Positions 33,473-43,722 of a stretch of DNA of 49,376 nt are shown here, in pieces. Source of the stretch: a virus. Its lineage: Duplodnaviria; Caudoviricetes. Every line of letters starts with the position of its first letter. Within the stretch, counting starts at the first letter, position 1. Below the pieces are notes generated by a model. That model was not told where the DNA came from, made no database searches, and was given only the letters and a program-made list of their open reading frames with translations. The stretch lies in IMG/VR virus record IMGVR_UViG_3300030606_000010, positions 1 to 49,376 of that record. One strand, given 5' to 3'. The translations under genes and the position numbers were made by a program.

Positions 33473-35386
33473 TTACGCTCCGTGCCACTTGTGGTTGTAC
33501 CACTGCCTGTGCTCCGCGAGCATGTTGCCGAGCTCGGCCTTCGTGTAGAGCTTATCGAAGGTCGAGCCGGCGTGGTGGACACACTTGGCCGAGAGGATGA
33601 CCCCGGCCTTATAGCCGTGCGCAACGACCCTGCGCACGAAATCGGCGTCCTCATAGTAGCCGGGCGAGAAGCGCTCGTCAAACCCGGAAAGCCTTTGCCA
33701 GACGTCAGCTCTCACGAGAAATAGGCTCTGGTAGAAGGGCCCTCCGAGCGGGTAGTACCTGCCGCCCTGAGCTGCATCCTCCCAGACCTCGCGCACGCCA
33801 CCTGAGTAGACCTCCCAGGCCAGCTCAACCTGTGATTTCTCGCCCGACACGCGGAGTACGACCGGGGCCACCAGTTGAAGCGCGTTCGCTCTCGCCTCGG
33901 CCAAGAGGTACTTCACCATGCGATCGTCGGGCAGCGCGTCGTCGTTCCAGATGAGAAGCCACTCCGGATGCAGGCGTTCGATGGCCATGGCGGCAGCCGT
34001 ATTCACGTTGCGCGGGTATCCGGCCTCCACGTCGTCCTTGGCGAAGACCACCTCTACCCCCTGCTCCCGGAGGGCCGCCTCGAGCTGCTCACGGTCAACT
34101 GGCCTTGGCCACTCGCGTGGGACGTAAGGCACGATAGCTGCCACCTGTACCCGTGCCTCAGCGTCCATGCGGATGAGGGCCTGGGGTTTCGCGATGCAAC
34201 CTTCGAGGTGCCTGACGAGCTTGGTCCACTGGCGGTGAACGACACTGTACGAGTAGCGCGAGATGGCCCGCGCACGAGCCTCAACACCCATCGCTACGAG
34301 CAGCTCACGGCCGCGCAGGTAGGCGTCATGGAGAGCTTCGAAGACGTCCTCAGGTGAAACGTAGGACCACTGGCTCAACTTCCAACTGAGAAAACTCCCG
34401 CGAGGCGCTACCTTCCAGGCCCCATCAGCCGTCTCCTGAAGAGCGTGAGCGCTGGTCACGATGGTCGGTGTACCGCACAGCTCGGCTTCGACGGCTGTCA
34501 GACCAAAGCCCTCGCTTTTCGATGGAAGAAGGAGGACATCCATGGCCGAGTAGAGGTCGGCCATGTAGCTCGTGGGACGTCCGACTATCGTGTGGTAGTC
34601 AGTCTCCTGCGCCCAGCTCTGGCGCGGAATGCCGCAAACCTCGCGCACCTGGTCAAGCACCATCGGCGGGTGTTCGATCGTGGGCTTCGTGTGGGCCAGG
34701 AAGAGTAAGTCGGCGAATCCCACGGTCTGACCGAGGCGGGAGAAGGCTTCAACCGCCTCGAAGAGGCCCTTTCTAGAGGGCCATCCCTCCCAATCCCCGA
34801 CGAAGCCGACAATGAAAGCGTCCTGGCTCAGGTTCAGCCGGCGGCGAGCAGCCGCCTTGGGCTGCGGCCTGAAGACGACCGGGTCCACGGTGTGCGGCAC
34901 GTAGAAGGCATTGGGACAGCCGTGCCACTGCTCGAGTTGACCTAAAGCCCACTCGGTTAGAGTGAGGACAGTATGCGCACCAGCCAGGGAATGTCGGTGG
35001 TAGTCGGCCAACGGCGGTCCATCATCGACCATGGCGTATGGAACCCACCTGAAATTGAAACGGCCCCAACCGGAAAGGAAGGGACCGCCAGGCACGCGGG
35101 AGTGGAGGCCGCAGGCGTCGTAAAGAGTGAGAACATAGTCGGGCCTGGTCTCGTAAACGTGCCCCTCGATGACGGAAGTTCCAGAGTCATCCGGTCCTCC
35201 CGGCAGCACCGTGATCGGCGGACCGCCCTGCCACAGCGGAATCTTGAGGCTCGTCTGGTAGTGGCCCACGTTGACCGACATGGCGACCTCGACGCCAAGG
35301 TCAACGAGGTGGCGCACGATGAAGCGTGCCTGCTGTCCATAGCCCGTCGCCATCCACGGAGCGTTACTGTGGACGAGGACACGCAT
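33473..35386 (-). CDS. GT4 + GT2 glycosyltransferase fusion
   Basis: HSNAPW..TGYGQQ, RKG, LYSAMDVLLLPSKSEGFGL..VEA..CGTP (GT4); LIWNDD, GFDERF..GYYEDAD, HHAGST (GT2). Confidence 0.85.
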   Translation of the reverse strand: MRVLVHSNAPWMATGYGQQARFIVRHLVDLGVEVAMSVNVGHYQTSLKIPLWQGGPPITVLPGGPDDSGTSVIEGHVYETRPDYVLTLYDACGLHSRVPGGPFLSGWGRFNFRWVPYAMVDDGPPLADYHRHSLAGAHTVLTLTEWALGQLEQWHGCPNAFYVPHTVDPVVFRPQPKAAARRRLNLSQDAFIVGFVGDWEGWPSRKGLFEAVEAFSRLGQTVGFADLLFLAHTKPTIEHPPMVLDQVREVCGIPRQSWAQETDYHTIVGRPTSYMADLYSAMDVLLLPSKSEGFGLTAVEAELCGTPTIVTSAHALQETADGAWKVAPRGSFLSWKLSQWSYVSPEDVFEALHDAYLRGRELLVAMGVEARARAISRYSYSVVHRQWTKLVRHLEGCIAKPQALIRMDAEARVQVAAIVPYVPREWPRPVDREQLEAALREQGVEVVFAKDDVEAGYPRNVNTAAAMAIERLHPEWLLIWNDDALPDDRMVKYLLAEARANALQLVAPVVLRVSGEKSQVELAWEVYSGGVREVWEDAAQGGRYYPLGGPFYQSLFLVRADVWQRLSGFDERFSPGYYEDADFVRRVVAHGYKAGVILSAKCVHHAGSTFDKLYTKAELGNMLAEHRQWYNHKWHGA

Positions 35387-35629
35387 CTAGCACTTCAGCT
35401 CCCTGAGGAGATCGGAGAGCTTCACTTCGAGCGCACTGGCCATGGCGAGGTAGCCCGACAGGCTCATGCTCTTGCCGCGCTCGAGGAGGAAGATGCTTCC
35501 ATGGGACTTGAACCCAGCCTTCTTCGCCACCCCCTGTAGGGTCTCTGACTGAGCCTGACGGATCCGACGTAAGCGTATGCCCAGACGACGGACCACCGCG
35601 TCGTACTTCGTGCTGTCAGCTCTTTTCAC
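35387..35629 (-). CDS. XRE-family HTH regulator
   Basis: LGIRLRRIR....TLQGVAKKAG..H.SIFLLERG...MASALEV.LSDL; GTG at 35629. Confidence 0.75.
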   Translation of the reverse strand: MKRADSTKYDAVVRRLGIRLRRIRQAQSETLQGVAKKAGFKSHGSIFLLERGKSMSLSGYLAMASALEVKLSDLLRELKC

Positions 35630-35933
35630 GGGACCCTTGCCAGATTGAATCGTTATAAGCCTTGACCCGTTCCCGAAAAGCAGCTTCCTTCCTCTCGGTA
35701 ATGGGCTGAGTGCAGGTGTGGATCTTGTGGCGGGCACTGACATACGTCTTGTCGTATGGCGCTACCGTCGCTTGATCGACTAGTACGTAGTAGTCGAGGG
35801 CAACGGTTCCGAAGCGCACGACCAGCTTTCCGCAGCTGCACTTCTTGGCATGGGGTGGAGCTTTTTCTGGCAAACGAAAAAGCGGGGTGGCGAGCTCAGA
35901 ACTTGCGTTACGGTCAGGTTCGTCCATCGCCAC
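35616..35933 (-). CDS. Small putative Zn-binding protein
   Basis: CSCG...H..HTC; G-rich RBS. Confidence 0.55.
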   Translation of the reverse strand: MAMDEPDRNASSELATPLFRLPEKAPPHAKKCSCGKLVVRFGTVALDYYVLVDQATVAPYDKTYVSARHKIHTCTQPITERKEAAFRERVKAYNDSIWQGSREKS

Positions 35934-36003
35934 CCCCGTCCGATTCGCATAAAGGAAAGAGGGTCCGTCCCTTCCCAGGGTTGGCCCGGACGGCAGTATC
36001 CTC

Positions 36004-39000
36004 CTACCTGCCGGCCGTTGTCAAGCTTGGTGACTGCCTCAGCTCCATGAGGAAGAGACCGATGAGGTAGAGCTGCTGGCGTTCGACCTCGTCGCGGGGT
36101 TTACCTTTGAGGGTCACTCGCGCGAACCGCTCGAGGGCCTGCTCGTCGCCGGTGTCGGCGATGCGCTGGAGGACCATCATGTCCTTGTCGAGCTGGCCCT
36201 GATACGTCCCTGTCGAGAAGGCCTTGAAGAGCTCGGCCTGGGGCTCTGGATCCGGTACCTCCCGGAGGTCGGCGGCGAGGCTCGCCTGAAGCGCCCTGGC
36301 CTTCTGCGGGTCGCGGCTCCGCATGACGTCCTCTATCTGGGCTCCATAGAAGCTGCGGCGCGTCTTGAGGAAGGTCGCCATAACGGCGGCCGCCGACTGC
36401 TCGTTGCCGGTCTCCCTGGCCGTGTCATAGGCCTCGATGAGCTTCTCGCGCAGGCCCTCGAGCTGGTAGAGATCGCGCTTGGCCTGCGTCGAGAGTGAGG
36501 CCGCGAAGCGCCCGATGAGCGGATTGCTCCTGGCGAAGACCTGACCCCTGACCACGGCCGGCGTCACGCCTTCCCAGCTCTGGGCCGTCATGTGATCGGC
36601 GATCTCGGTGGGCGTTGCGCGCCGGCCCTCCTCGCGGCTTCTGGGTGTGCCGTGCTCGATCATGGAGGCGATGGCGCCCTGCCTGGCCTTATCCGCTACC
36701 TCGGCCTTGCGGCTCATGGAGCGGACGAGGATCCTCTCGGCAACGTCCTCGGTCGGCGTGAGGCCGATGGCCTGGGCGAGCTCGTTGCCGCGCTGGGTAA
36801 TTGTGCCGACACGACCCCGCCTGACGGTTGCGCCTTCAGCCAAGCGCGAGCCGCGCACGAGGTCGCGCATCATACCCGACGTTGCCAGGATCCTGTCGCC
36901 CGGCAGCTCGACGTAGTTCTCGCGGGCCGAGGGACGGAACTGGATGGACTCCCCAAGGACGCCCGCGTAGCTGGCCATGCCCGAGGCGCCGGCATCCTCG
37001 AAGAGCTGAGCCAGACTCACGAGGCCCTTGCCCGGCAGGTTCGCCACGGCCTGAGCGCCAGGGTGAGCCATGGCGGCGCCAGAGACACCCCAGCGGCCGA
37101 CGTCCGATGACTTGACCTCCTGGCGCAGCTCCGCGCGCGGCGCCTGGGCCTGTGCCTGGGCCGCCTCCGTCACGGGGACGCCCAGGCGCTCGGCCATGTA
37201 GCGCGCCTGCTCGGCGGCCTCGGAGACACCGGCGTGGATCTCGACGAAGGGCGCCACGGGGGGCCCGCCCAAGACGGCCATGATGCGCTGACCGATGGTC
37301 TGGTCGGACTTACCTGCCGTGAGTCCCGAGAACGGCAGGTTCGGCTTCAGGCGTCCGGCAACGTCGACGCCAGCGGCAGGCCCAGCGCCCGCCCAGACGC
37401 CATCCTTCGTCTCGAAGTCGATGAGCGCCCGCTCCCAATCCTCTCCTGTCTTTGGCGCGACAAAGCCGACTGTGTCGATGGCCCACTCGATCATCGGCAG
37501 CGCGCGCGGCCCGCCGATGGCATAGAGCATCCCCAGGAAGGCCAGCTTCTGACCGAAGCTCAGGCGCTGCGCGAACATCTCGATCTGGTGGCGGCTGAAG
37601 TCCAGGAACTGCGTGGCGCTCTCGGCCCAGGGCGCATACTCCTGGATGAAGACGGGCCTGTTCATGCGGTTGTAGGTGCCCTGCGTCTCCTGCATCGCCG
37701 CGACCGCACGGTCCTTGATCCAGCGCGTCGGGTCATCCGAGGCGAGCGCTTCCCGGATGCCGCGCTCCGGGTCAAACCACGCCTTGGCCTTGTCGAGGTC
37801 TCCGGCATCCGACGCCTCGAGCGCCTTGAGCCTTGCGAGCGACGCCTCGTCCAGCATGCCGGGACCAACGTCACCGCCGGCCGCGACGGCGCGCTCCATC
37901 TCTGGAATGCGTGCCCTGAGCGTCTTCCAGTCGGAGATGAGGTCCCGCTCGGTGGGAGCTATCCAGCCATCGTAGAAGGCGCTCGAGATCTTGCCTGTTG
38001 TCCGGAACTCCTCGAGAGCATCGAAGCCCCTGAGCGCCTGAGCGTAGAAGGTGGCGCCCCTGTTGACGCCTTCGGTCGAACGGAACATTACTCCGGCCGC
38101 CTCAAAGGCCGCCTCTTCCGCACCCTTGACCATGCGCCTCAGAAGACCAGGATCGAGATCGCCCTCACCGAGCTCCCACCAGTGGATGTTTATGCCGGCG
38201 ACAGCCTCATCGTAGAGCGGGCGAACGTGGCTCAAGCCGCGCCCATAGATGGCGCCTGCGTCGGCAAAGAACCCCTGCATGCCAGGAATGTTCCTCATGG
38301 CCTGCCCGGACATGCCCTGGTCATAGAGGAAAGCCGCAAGACCCCTGGGCGTGTCCTTGGGTCGCATCCTAAGAGCTGTGTGCAGGGGGATCGTCGTCAG
38401 GTTCACGAGCGCTGTCGAGGCCCGGCCGCCAATGTGCATCATGAAGCCGACACGCCTCGCGAAGTGGCTCACCTGGTCAAGCAGGTGGCTGTCGATGAGC
38501 TTGGCTACGGGGCGGCCGAATGGCCGCTGCATCGTCTCGGCCACGAGCCGCCTGAAGGCCGTGTTCATGGCGCCCGGCGGCTCCCAGAGCGCGCGCCTTC
38601 CCTCGACGAGACGGTCGATGACATTGGCGAAACGCTCGGACTTGATGACGCCCGTCTCGGTCAGGCGCCCGCCTGCCCGCTCGATGGCGCGGTTCCAGTG
38701 CGGCAGCGTGTCCTTGAGGAATCGGTAGCGCGCGGCCTGGGCCTCGGCCATGCCGAGCATCTTCTCTGGGTCCTTCACGTAGTCGAAGACCTTGTCCAGC
38801 CGCTCCTCGAGTGGCCCGTAGCGGAGCATCGAATCCGGGATCCAGTCCTGGTCGTAGGCGTTGAGGTAGCGCACCTCGCTTTTGGCCCAGAGATCCATCT
38901 CGCGTTCGAGCGTCTTGACGACCGCTGCGTCTCCGGCCTTCCGCGCTTCCGTGATCTGGCTTGCGATGAGCTTTCTCACCCCGGCCGAGTTGTGCAGCTT

Positions 39001-42000
39001 GTAGTGAGCGAAGTAGTCTCGCAAGCGCCTGAAGACCGGCACCTGAGCGTGGTCGGCAACGCGCTTGGTCGCATCCTGGATCATGGCCGTGTACTTCTTG
39101 ACGGCCTGGGCGCGCGGCGTCTGTCCGTCGAGCACCTCATCGAGCCACTGGCGCGGGATGGCGGCGGCGTCGTTCTCGAGGAGCCTGCCGGCAAGGAAAC
39201 GGTCCGTGGGGTCGGACAGGAGCCTGCGCCTCAAGACCCCTTGCTGCATCGAGCGCTCCGCGAACCTGAGCTTCGATTCGACGTTGACGATCGTGCGCGT
39301 CGCCAGCTCCTGCCGCATGCCGAGGCTTCGCGGAATGGAGTTGAGCGGCGAGCGAAGGGACCGCGCAATGGCCTTCCAGCGCGTGACGCCGCTCAGCTCC
39401 TTGTCCATTCGAAGCAGCTCCCCCGAGTCCATGGCGTCGCCACCCCAGGCCGCCTCATGCATCCTTGGGCTATTCGGTCCGATTGGCGCCTCCGGCGGAA
39501 TGGCCACGGACCAGCCAGGGTCCTGCGACAGCCTGAACTCGGCCCTCGCTATGGCCTCCGTCTTGCCCTCGTTGATGCGAGCCGCAGCGACATAGGTCTC
39601 CTCACCGATCGCGTAGCGCGCCATCTCAGGCGACGAGCTTGACCGGGCCGCGAGCGCTGTCACCTCATCGAGACCGAGCTCCTGCTGGGCGCGGCCCGCC
39701 CGCTCGAGAGCCTGCTTTTCGGCCTGCGTGATAGCACCGTCCAGCTCGAGCGCCTTCTGCCTCAGGGCCATCATCTCCGGCGCGATGGCGTCCATCTGAG
39801 CCTGAAGAGCGTCGATGGCCGCGTCGTCCCGCCGGCCAAGGGCATCCCACATGTCGCGGTCGAGCCCTTGCAGCCGCTCTGAGAGCTGCATGCGACGCCC
39901 CTGCACGTCGCCCAGCTCGACAGCCGCCTCGAGCCGGCCATTCTCGAGGGCGTGGAGCTCGTCGGCGGCGAGCTTGGCCCTGACCATGGGGTTGGCTTCG
40001 TACTCGGCCCTGAGCGCCTTACGCAACTCGAAGGCCTGCTCCTGCATGGCCTGGATGGCAGCGCCGTGCTGACCGGGGGCGACACCTGTCGGCTGGACGG
40101 CATCAATCCCCACGCGCCTCAACTCGGCTCTGAGCACGGCCTGCGGATCCGGACCGAAGAGGAACTCCCTGGTCGCCTCCAGCGAAACAGCCTCACCCAC
40201 CTCGGCCCTGAAGCGCGCCACGGCCGTGTCCTCGGCCGCGCGGACCTGAGCGTTGACCGTCTCCTCGGACTGCCCGGTCAGCTTGCGGGCGATGGTCCCG
40301 GCCGGTGTCTCCGCCGGCACGGCCGGGTGCTTGTGCCCATGGCGCACGAGGTTTTCGGCCTCGGCCGGCGAGACCGTGTGGAGCGGGATGCCCTTGACTT
40401 CCACCGGCTGTCCGGCCTTGGCCGGGTCGCGGACGGCGTAGCCGGGCGGTGGGATGTCCGGTTGGACAGGCCTGTAACGTCGTTCGACCGGGTCGTAGTA
40501 GACCTCGCCCTTGAGCATCCGCTGCCGGAGCACGACGGGCGCCGGCACTTGCTGGCCCTCGAAGCGGAAAAACCGTGCCCGCTCGGGCAGCTCGGCCGAG
40601 ATCTCGTCGAGCGTCTGGCGCAGCGCCTGGGCGGCGTCCTGGACGGTCGGGAACTTCCTGGGCTTGGCGGCGCGGACGGTCCTGGCCGCCTCGATGAGGA
40701 TGGACTTCCTGGCCAGCTCATCGGCATGACCCGAGAGCGTCCCGGCCAAGGTCGTTGCCTCAAGGTGAGTCAGGCCAAGGTCGGCCAAGCGCGTCTGAAC
40801 CATCCTGAGGTGGTCGGTCGTGAGACCGGAGATGGCGGCCAGCTGCTCGATGGGCTGCCCTTCGAAGCGGATGCCGAGCTTCCCGACCTGGGAGCGCACC
40901 AGGAAGGCCTCCTCATCGGCCAGAGATGCCCCTGGTAGCGCCCTTCCAAGGTCGCCGGCACCTTGGGCCGCCGTGCGCGCGGCCGCCCCCCTGGCGGCCT
41001 TGGCTTGGTCCAGGAGCGCCCTGGCCGTGGGCACGAGGTCCGCCCCGTTGACCGTGCGGCTCGCCACTTCCTGGCCGCCGATCGTGAGCTTCACGCCAGC
41101 AAGGCCCGCGTAGTCTGACTGCAAGCCCCCGGCCGAGAGCACGGTCAGCTGACGCGGGTTCTTCCTGGCTAGGGTCCGCACGAACTCGTCCGGGGTCTTA
41201 CCGAACTCAGCCAGACTCCGGAGGCCCGGAATAGGGCTCGAGCGCAACCCCTCTTGGATGGCGCCTACGAGCTCCGAGTCGTAGATGAGCCTCACGCGAT
41301 CCTGACCCTTCGGCAGATCGGCCACGTTGATGGTAGCGACCGTGAGCCCGCGCTGCTTGAGGGCTTCCTTCTGGGCTGTCGATAGCTCCCGGCCGACAAT
41401 CGTTGCCGCCTTCTGCCGGGTGGAGGCGAGCATTACCTCGGAGTCGAGATCGTTGGTCGAGACGAGCTCGACGAGCTGCTCACGCTCGCGGGCCTGCGCA
41501 CGCTCAAGGCGCTGAATGCGCGTGCCGAAATCGGAAGGTACGGCATCGCCGAGGGCGGCCTTGAGGGTCAGCCCCTCCTCCGGCGAGAGCTTGAAGAGCC
41601 CTCGCTCGACTGTCTTTTCGAGGCCGTGCTTCTCGACGTAGGCAGCGAGCACGTCCGGGTTGCCGCCCTTCTTCACGAAGGCCGTATCCTCGAGAGCGTC
41701 CACCCAGGCTGCGACGTGGCTCGGATCGATCGATTCCTTCGATGCCCTGAGCGTTGCCTGCGCGAACTCGCTCGCCTCATTGGCGGCCTCACCCAGGAGC
41801 TGGCGCCTGACAGCACGACTGCCCTTGAGCGCGCGCGCGGCTGCAAAGAGGCCGCCCTTGACCGCGAGGCTCGCGAGCGCCCCGGCCGCATCTGGGTCGA
41901 TGAGCGAGTAGATCTCGGTCGCAACTTCCTGGCCGACACCCTCCTCGGGATAGAGCACCTGGGCCGCCTTGCGCTCCGTCACGTCCTCGGGACCAAGGAG

Positions 42001-42678
42001 ACCCAGAGAACGCGAGAGCTCCTGAGCCTCCTTACGGCGAGCCTCCCACGCCGCACGGCCCTGGGCCTCGGCAGCTACAGGGTCTTCGCCGACCATGGCG
42101 CCCAGAAGCCCCGTCCCGCCTTTGAGCGCCCTGAAGCCCGTCTCCTCGAGCCCGGCCACGAGAGCCGAACTGCCCCGCTTGAGAGCCTCGCCGGTCTCTT
42201 TGGTCGGCAGCTCGGTCATCGTCAGCGGCTCAGGCTGAGTAAGGGCGGCGAACGGACTCAGCCCCGCCAGGCCCTCGGCCAGACGGCGCTCGCGCTCCTC
42301 GGCCGTAACGCGCTGACCTTCCTGGACGCTAGGCGTTTTGGTCAGCTCATCCATGGCCACCGTCAGGGCCGGGAATATGGTCGTCGTCGTCTGGGCCAGC
42401 TCACCCAGAGACGGCAGGCTGGCCATGGCGCGGCGCTGGACCTCCGGGTTGAGAAGCGGGGCCAGGCCAGGTGGGGCAAGGGCGCCAAGAGTGAAGTCAG
42501 CCGCCTTGCGGGCCAGGCTGGGCCCTTCCCCTTCCGGCTCACGTCCGGGCAGCGTGATGCCGATCGGTTCACCACGAAGGAAGCGCGCCATGGCCTGGCG
42601 CTTCTCTTCCTGGGTCAGGTCAAGCCGCTCGGAGAGGAGCCTCTGCAAGAGGCCTGCGCGCTCGAAGTCTCCGAGCAC
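36004..42678 (-). CDS. Very large internal virion (DNA ejection) protein, 2224 aa
   Basis: Largest gene, Ala-rich and helical, last of the ejection-protein series as in T7/P22-like podoviruses. Confidence 0.65.
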   Translation of the reverse strand: MLGDFERAGLLQRLLSERLDLTQEEKRQAMARFLRGEPIGITLPGREPEGEGPSLARKAADFTLGALAPPGLAPLLNPEVQRRAMASLPSLGELAQTTTTIFPALTVAMDELTKTPSVQEGQRVTAEERERRLAEGLAGLSPFAALTQPEPLTMTELPTKETGEALKRGSSALVAGLEETGFRALKGGTGLLGAMVGEDPVAAEAQGRAAWEARRKEAQELSRSLGLLGPEDVTERKAAQVLYPEEGVGQEVATEIYSLIDPDAAGALASLAVKGGLFAAARALKGSRAVRRQLLGEAANEASEFAQATLRASKESIDPSHVAAWVDALEDTAFVKKGGNPDVLAAYVEKHGLEKTVERGLFKLSPEEGLTLKAALGDAVPSDFGTRIQRLERAQAREREQLVELVSTNDLDSEVMLASTRQKAATIVGRELSTAQKEALKQRGLTVATINVADLPKGQDRVRLIYDSELVGAIQEGLRSSPIPGLRSLAEFGKTPDEFVRTLARKNPRQLTVLSAGGLQSDYAGLAGVKLTIGGQEVASRTVNGADLVPTARALLDQAKAARGAAARTAAQGAGDLGRALPGASLADEEAFLVRSQVGKLGIRFEGQPIEQLAAISGLTTDHLRMVQTRLADLGLTHLEATTLAGTLSGHADELARKSILIEAARTVRAAKPRKFPTVQDAAQALRQTLDEISAELPERARFFRFEGQQVPAPVVLRQRMLKGEVYYDPVERRYRPVQPDIPPPGYAVRDPAKAGQPVEVKGIPLHTVSPAEAENLVRHGHKHPAVPAETPAGTIARKLTGQSEETVNAQVRAAEDTAVARFRAEVGEAVSLEATREFLFGPDPQAVLRAELRRVGIDAVQPTGVAPGQHGAAIQAMQEQAFELRKALRAEYEANPMVRAKLAADELHALENGRLEAAVELGDVQGRRMQLSERLQGLDRDMWDALGRRDDAAIDALQAQMDAIAPEMMALRQKALELDGAITQAEKQALERAGRAQQELGLDEVTALAARSSSSPEMARYAIGEETYVAAARINEGKTEAIARAEFRLSQDPGWSVAIPPEAPIGPNSPRMHEAAWGGDAMDSGELLRMDKELSGVTRWKAIARSLRSPLNSIPRSLGMRQELATRTIVNVESKLRFAERSMQQGVLRRRLLSDPTDRFLAGRLLENDAAAIPRQWLDEVLDGQTPRAQAVKKYTAMIQDATKRVADHAQVPVFRRLRDYFAHYKLHNSAGVRKLIASQITEARKAGDAAVVKTLEREMDLWAKSEVRYLNAYDQDWIPDSMLRYGPLEERLDKVFDYVKDPEKMLGMAEAQAARYRFLKDTLPHWNRAIERAGGRLTETGVIKSERFANVIDRLVEGRRALWEPPGAMNTAFRRLVAETMQRPFGRPVAKLIDSHLLDQVSHFARRVGFMMHIGGRASTALVNLTTIPLHTALRMRPKDTPRGLAAFLYDQGMSGQAMRNIPGMQGFFADAGAIYGRGLSHVRPLYDEAVAGINIHWWELGEGDLDPGLLRRMVKGAEEAAFEAAGVMFRSTEGVNRGATFYAQALRGFDALEEFRTTGKISSAFYDGWIAPTERDLISDWKTLRARIPEMERAVAAGGDVGPGMLDEASLARLKALEASDAGDLDKAKAWFDPERGIREALASDDPTRWIKDRAVAAMQETQGTYNRMNRPVFIQEYAPWAESATQFLDFSRHQIEMFAQRLSFGQKLAFLGMLYAIGGPRALPMIEWAIDTVGFVAPKTGEDWERALIDFETKDGVWAGAGPAAGVDVAGRLKPNLPFSGLTAGKSDQTIGQRIMAVLGGPPVAPFVEIHAGVSEAAEQARYMAERLGVPVTEAAQAQAQAPRAELRQEVKSSDVGRWGVSGAAMAHPGAQAVANLPGKGLVSLAQLFEDAGASGMASYAGVLGESIQFRPSARENYVELPGDRILATSGMMRDLVRGSRLAEGATVRRGRVGTITQRGNELAQAIGLTPTEDVAERILVRSMSRKAEVADKARQGAIASMIEHGTPRSREEGRRATPTEIADHMTAQSWEGVTPAVVRGQVFARSNPLIGRFAASLSTQAKRDLYQLEGLREKLIEAYDTARETGNEQSAAAVMATFLKTRRSFYGAQIEDVMRSRDPQKARALQASLAADLREVPDPEPQAELFKAFSTGTYQGQLDKDMMVLQRIADTGDEQALERFARVTLKGKPRDEVERQQLYLIGLFLMELRQSPSLTTAGR

Positions 42679-42684
42679 GGAGCG

Positions 42685-43722
42685 CTACCTGCCTTGCTGC
42701 ATGGCCTGAGCAGCAAGACCCTGGATTCTGGTAGCGAAGACCTCGATCTGCATCGGCGTCGGAGGCGGGCTCTGCGAGAGGAACTCCTCCATCTGAGCCA
42801 AAAGCTCCTGAGCATCCCTTGGGGCGAAGACCGACAAGACATTGACGGCCTCACGAGCCTTATCGAGCCCCTTGGCGCTCGTCGCCGGCTTGCCGCCACC
42901 CTCCATCGCCTTCACGGTCCCAGCGTAGGAGCCACCCGCCCGAGCCGCGCTCTTCTTCTCTTCGATCGCGAGGTAGCGCGCGAGGGTCTCAGGATCCATC
43001 TCCATCACGTTGGGAGACTGGTCACGCTGGAGCTGCTTCTGGCGGCCGAAGATGATGTCCTGCTGCTTACGGAACTCGTCCACCTTCCGGCCCGACTCGA
43101 TTCCGTAGAGCTTCTGCCCGGCGGGGCTCTCGATGAGACCAAGTTCCTCGGCCAGCTTCTCCTCGGGGCTCTTCGCGCGGGCTGCTTCCAGGTACTCGGG
43201 CGGGAGCCCCAGGGCTTCAGCGAAGCCTGGCGGCATACCCCTCCCGGTTCCAAGGATCTTCTCGGCGAGTCCGGCCAGAAGACCGCGCTGGCTCGTCTCC
43301 TTGGCACGACGCTCCGATTCGCCGGCTGCCGCCTGAGCCTGACGCTCGTCGAGCAGATCCTGGAAGAGCGACCACTTGCGCTCGTCGGCCTTCTGGGCGA
43401 GCTGCGCCTCCTGAGCGCGCAGGTAGTCTTCGAGTTGCTGTTGGCGGCCACGACGCTGAACGGCACCCGGAACGAAGGCCCCAAGGATGTGCTTGAGCCG
43501 ACCCCAGAAGCCCTCGTGCTTCATGCGGTCCAGCTCCTCGCGGACGGACTCCAGGTCTTTACGGTCCTGGCCGAGGCTGCCGCCGGTCAGATCGATGCCA
43601 AGCGCCTGACCCAGTCCGTAAAGCGGATCGGCTGAACGGCTCGAGCCGAGGTCAAGATCCTGAAGGAGGTCCGTCCCCGGATTCGCTCCCGATAGAAAGG
43701 GTACCCGCATCAAGCCTGGCAC
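42685..43722 (-). CDS. Putative ejection protein
   Basis: GGAGG RBS; helical, Gln/Glu/Ala-rich; synteny. Confidence 0.55.
   Translation of the reverse strand: MPGLMRVPFLSGANPGTDLLQDLDLGSSRSADPLYGLGQALGIDLTGGSLGQDRKDLESVREELDRMKHEGFWGRLKHILGAFVPGAVQRRGRQQQLEDYLRAQEAQLAQKADERKWSLFQDLLDERQAQAAAGESERRAKETSQRGLLAGLAEKILGTGRGMPPGFAEALGLPPEYLEAARAKSPEEKLAEELGLIESPAGQKLYGIESGRKVDEFRKQQDIIFGRQKQLQRDQSPNVMEMDPETLARYLAIEEKKSAARAGGSYAGTVKAMEGGGKPATSAKGLDKAREAVNVLSVFAPRDAQELLAQMEEFLSQSPPPTPMQIEVFATRIQGLAAQAMQQGR

Noticed and set aside
35940-36000. Intrinsic terminator after the giant gene
   Set aside because: Only a short CCGTCC/GGACGG stem with a large loop and an interrupted U-tract, too weak to call.
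37234-39642. Long + strand ORFs (802 aa here; also 41626-43635, 6566-7720, 7702-8802, 2334-3257)
   Set aside because: These are antisense shadows of high-GC3 minus-strand genes, with no motifs or RBS support.
36004-42678. Virion RNA polymerase (N4- or crAss-like)
   Set aside because: No DxDGD or T7-type catalytic motifs were found by eye; a profile search is still needed for certainty.
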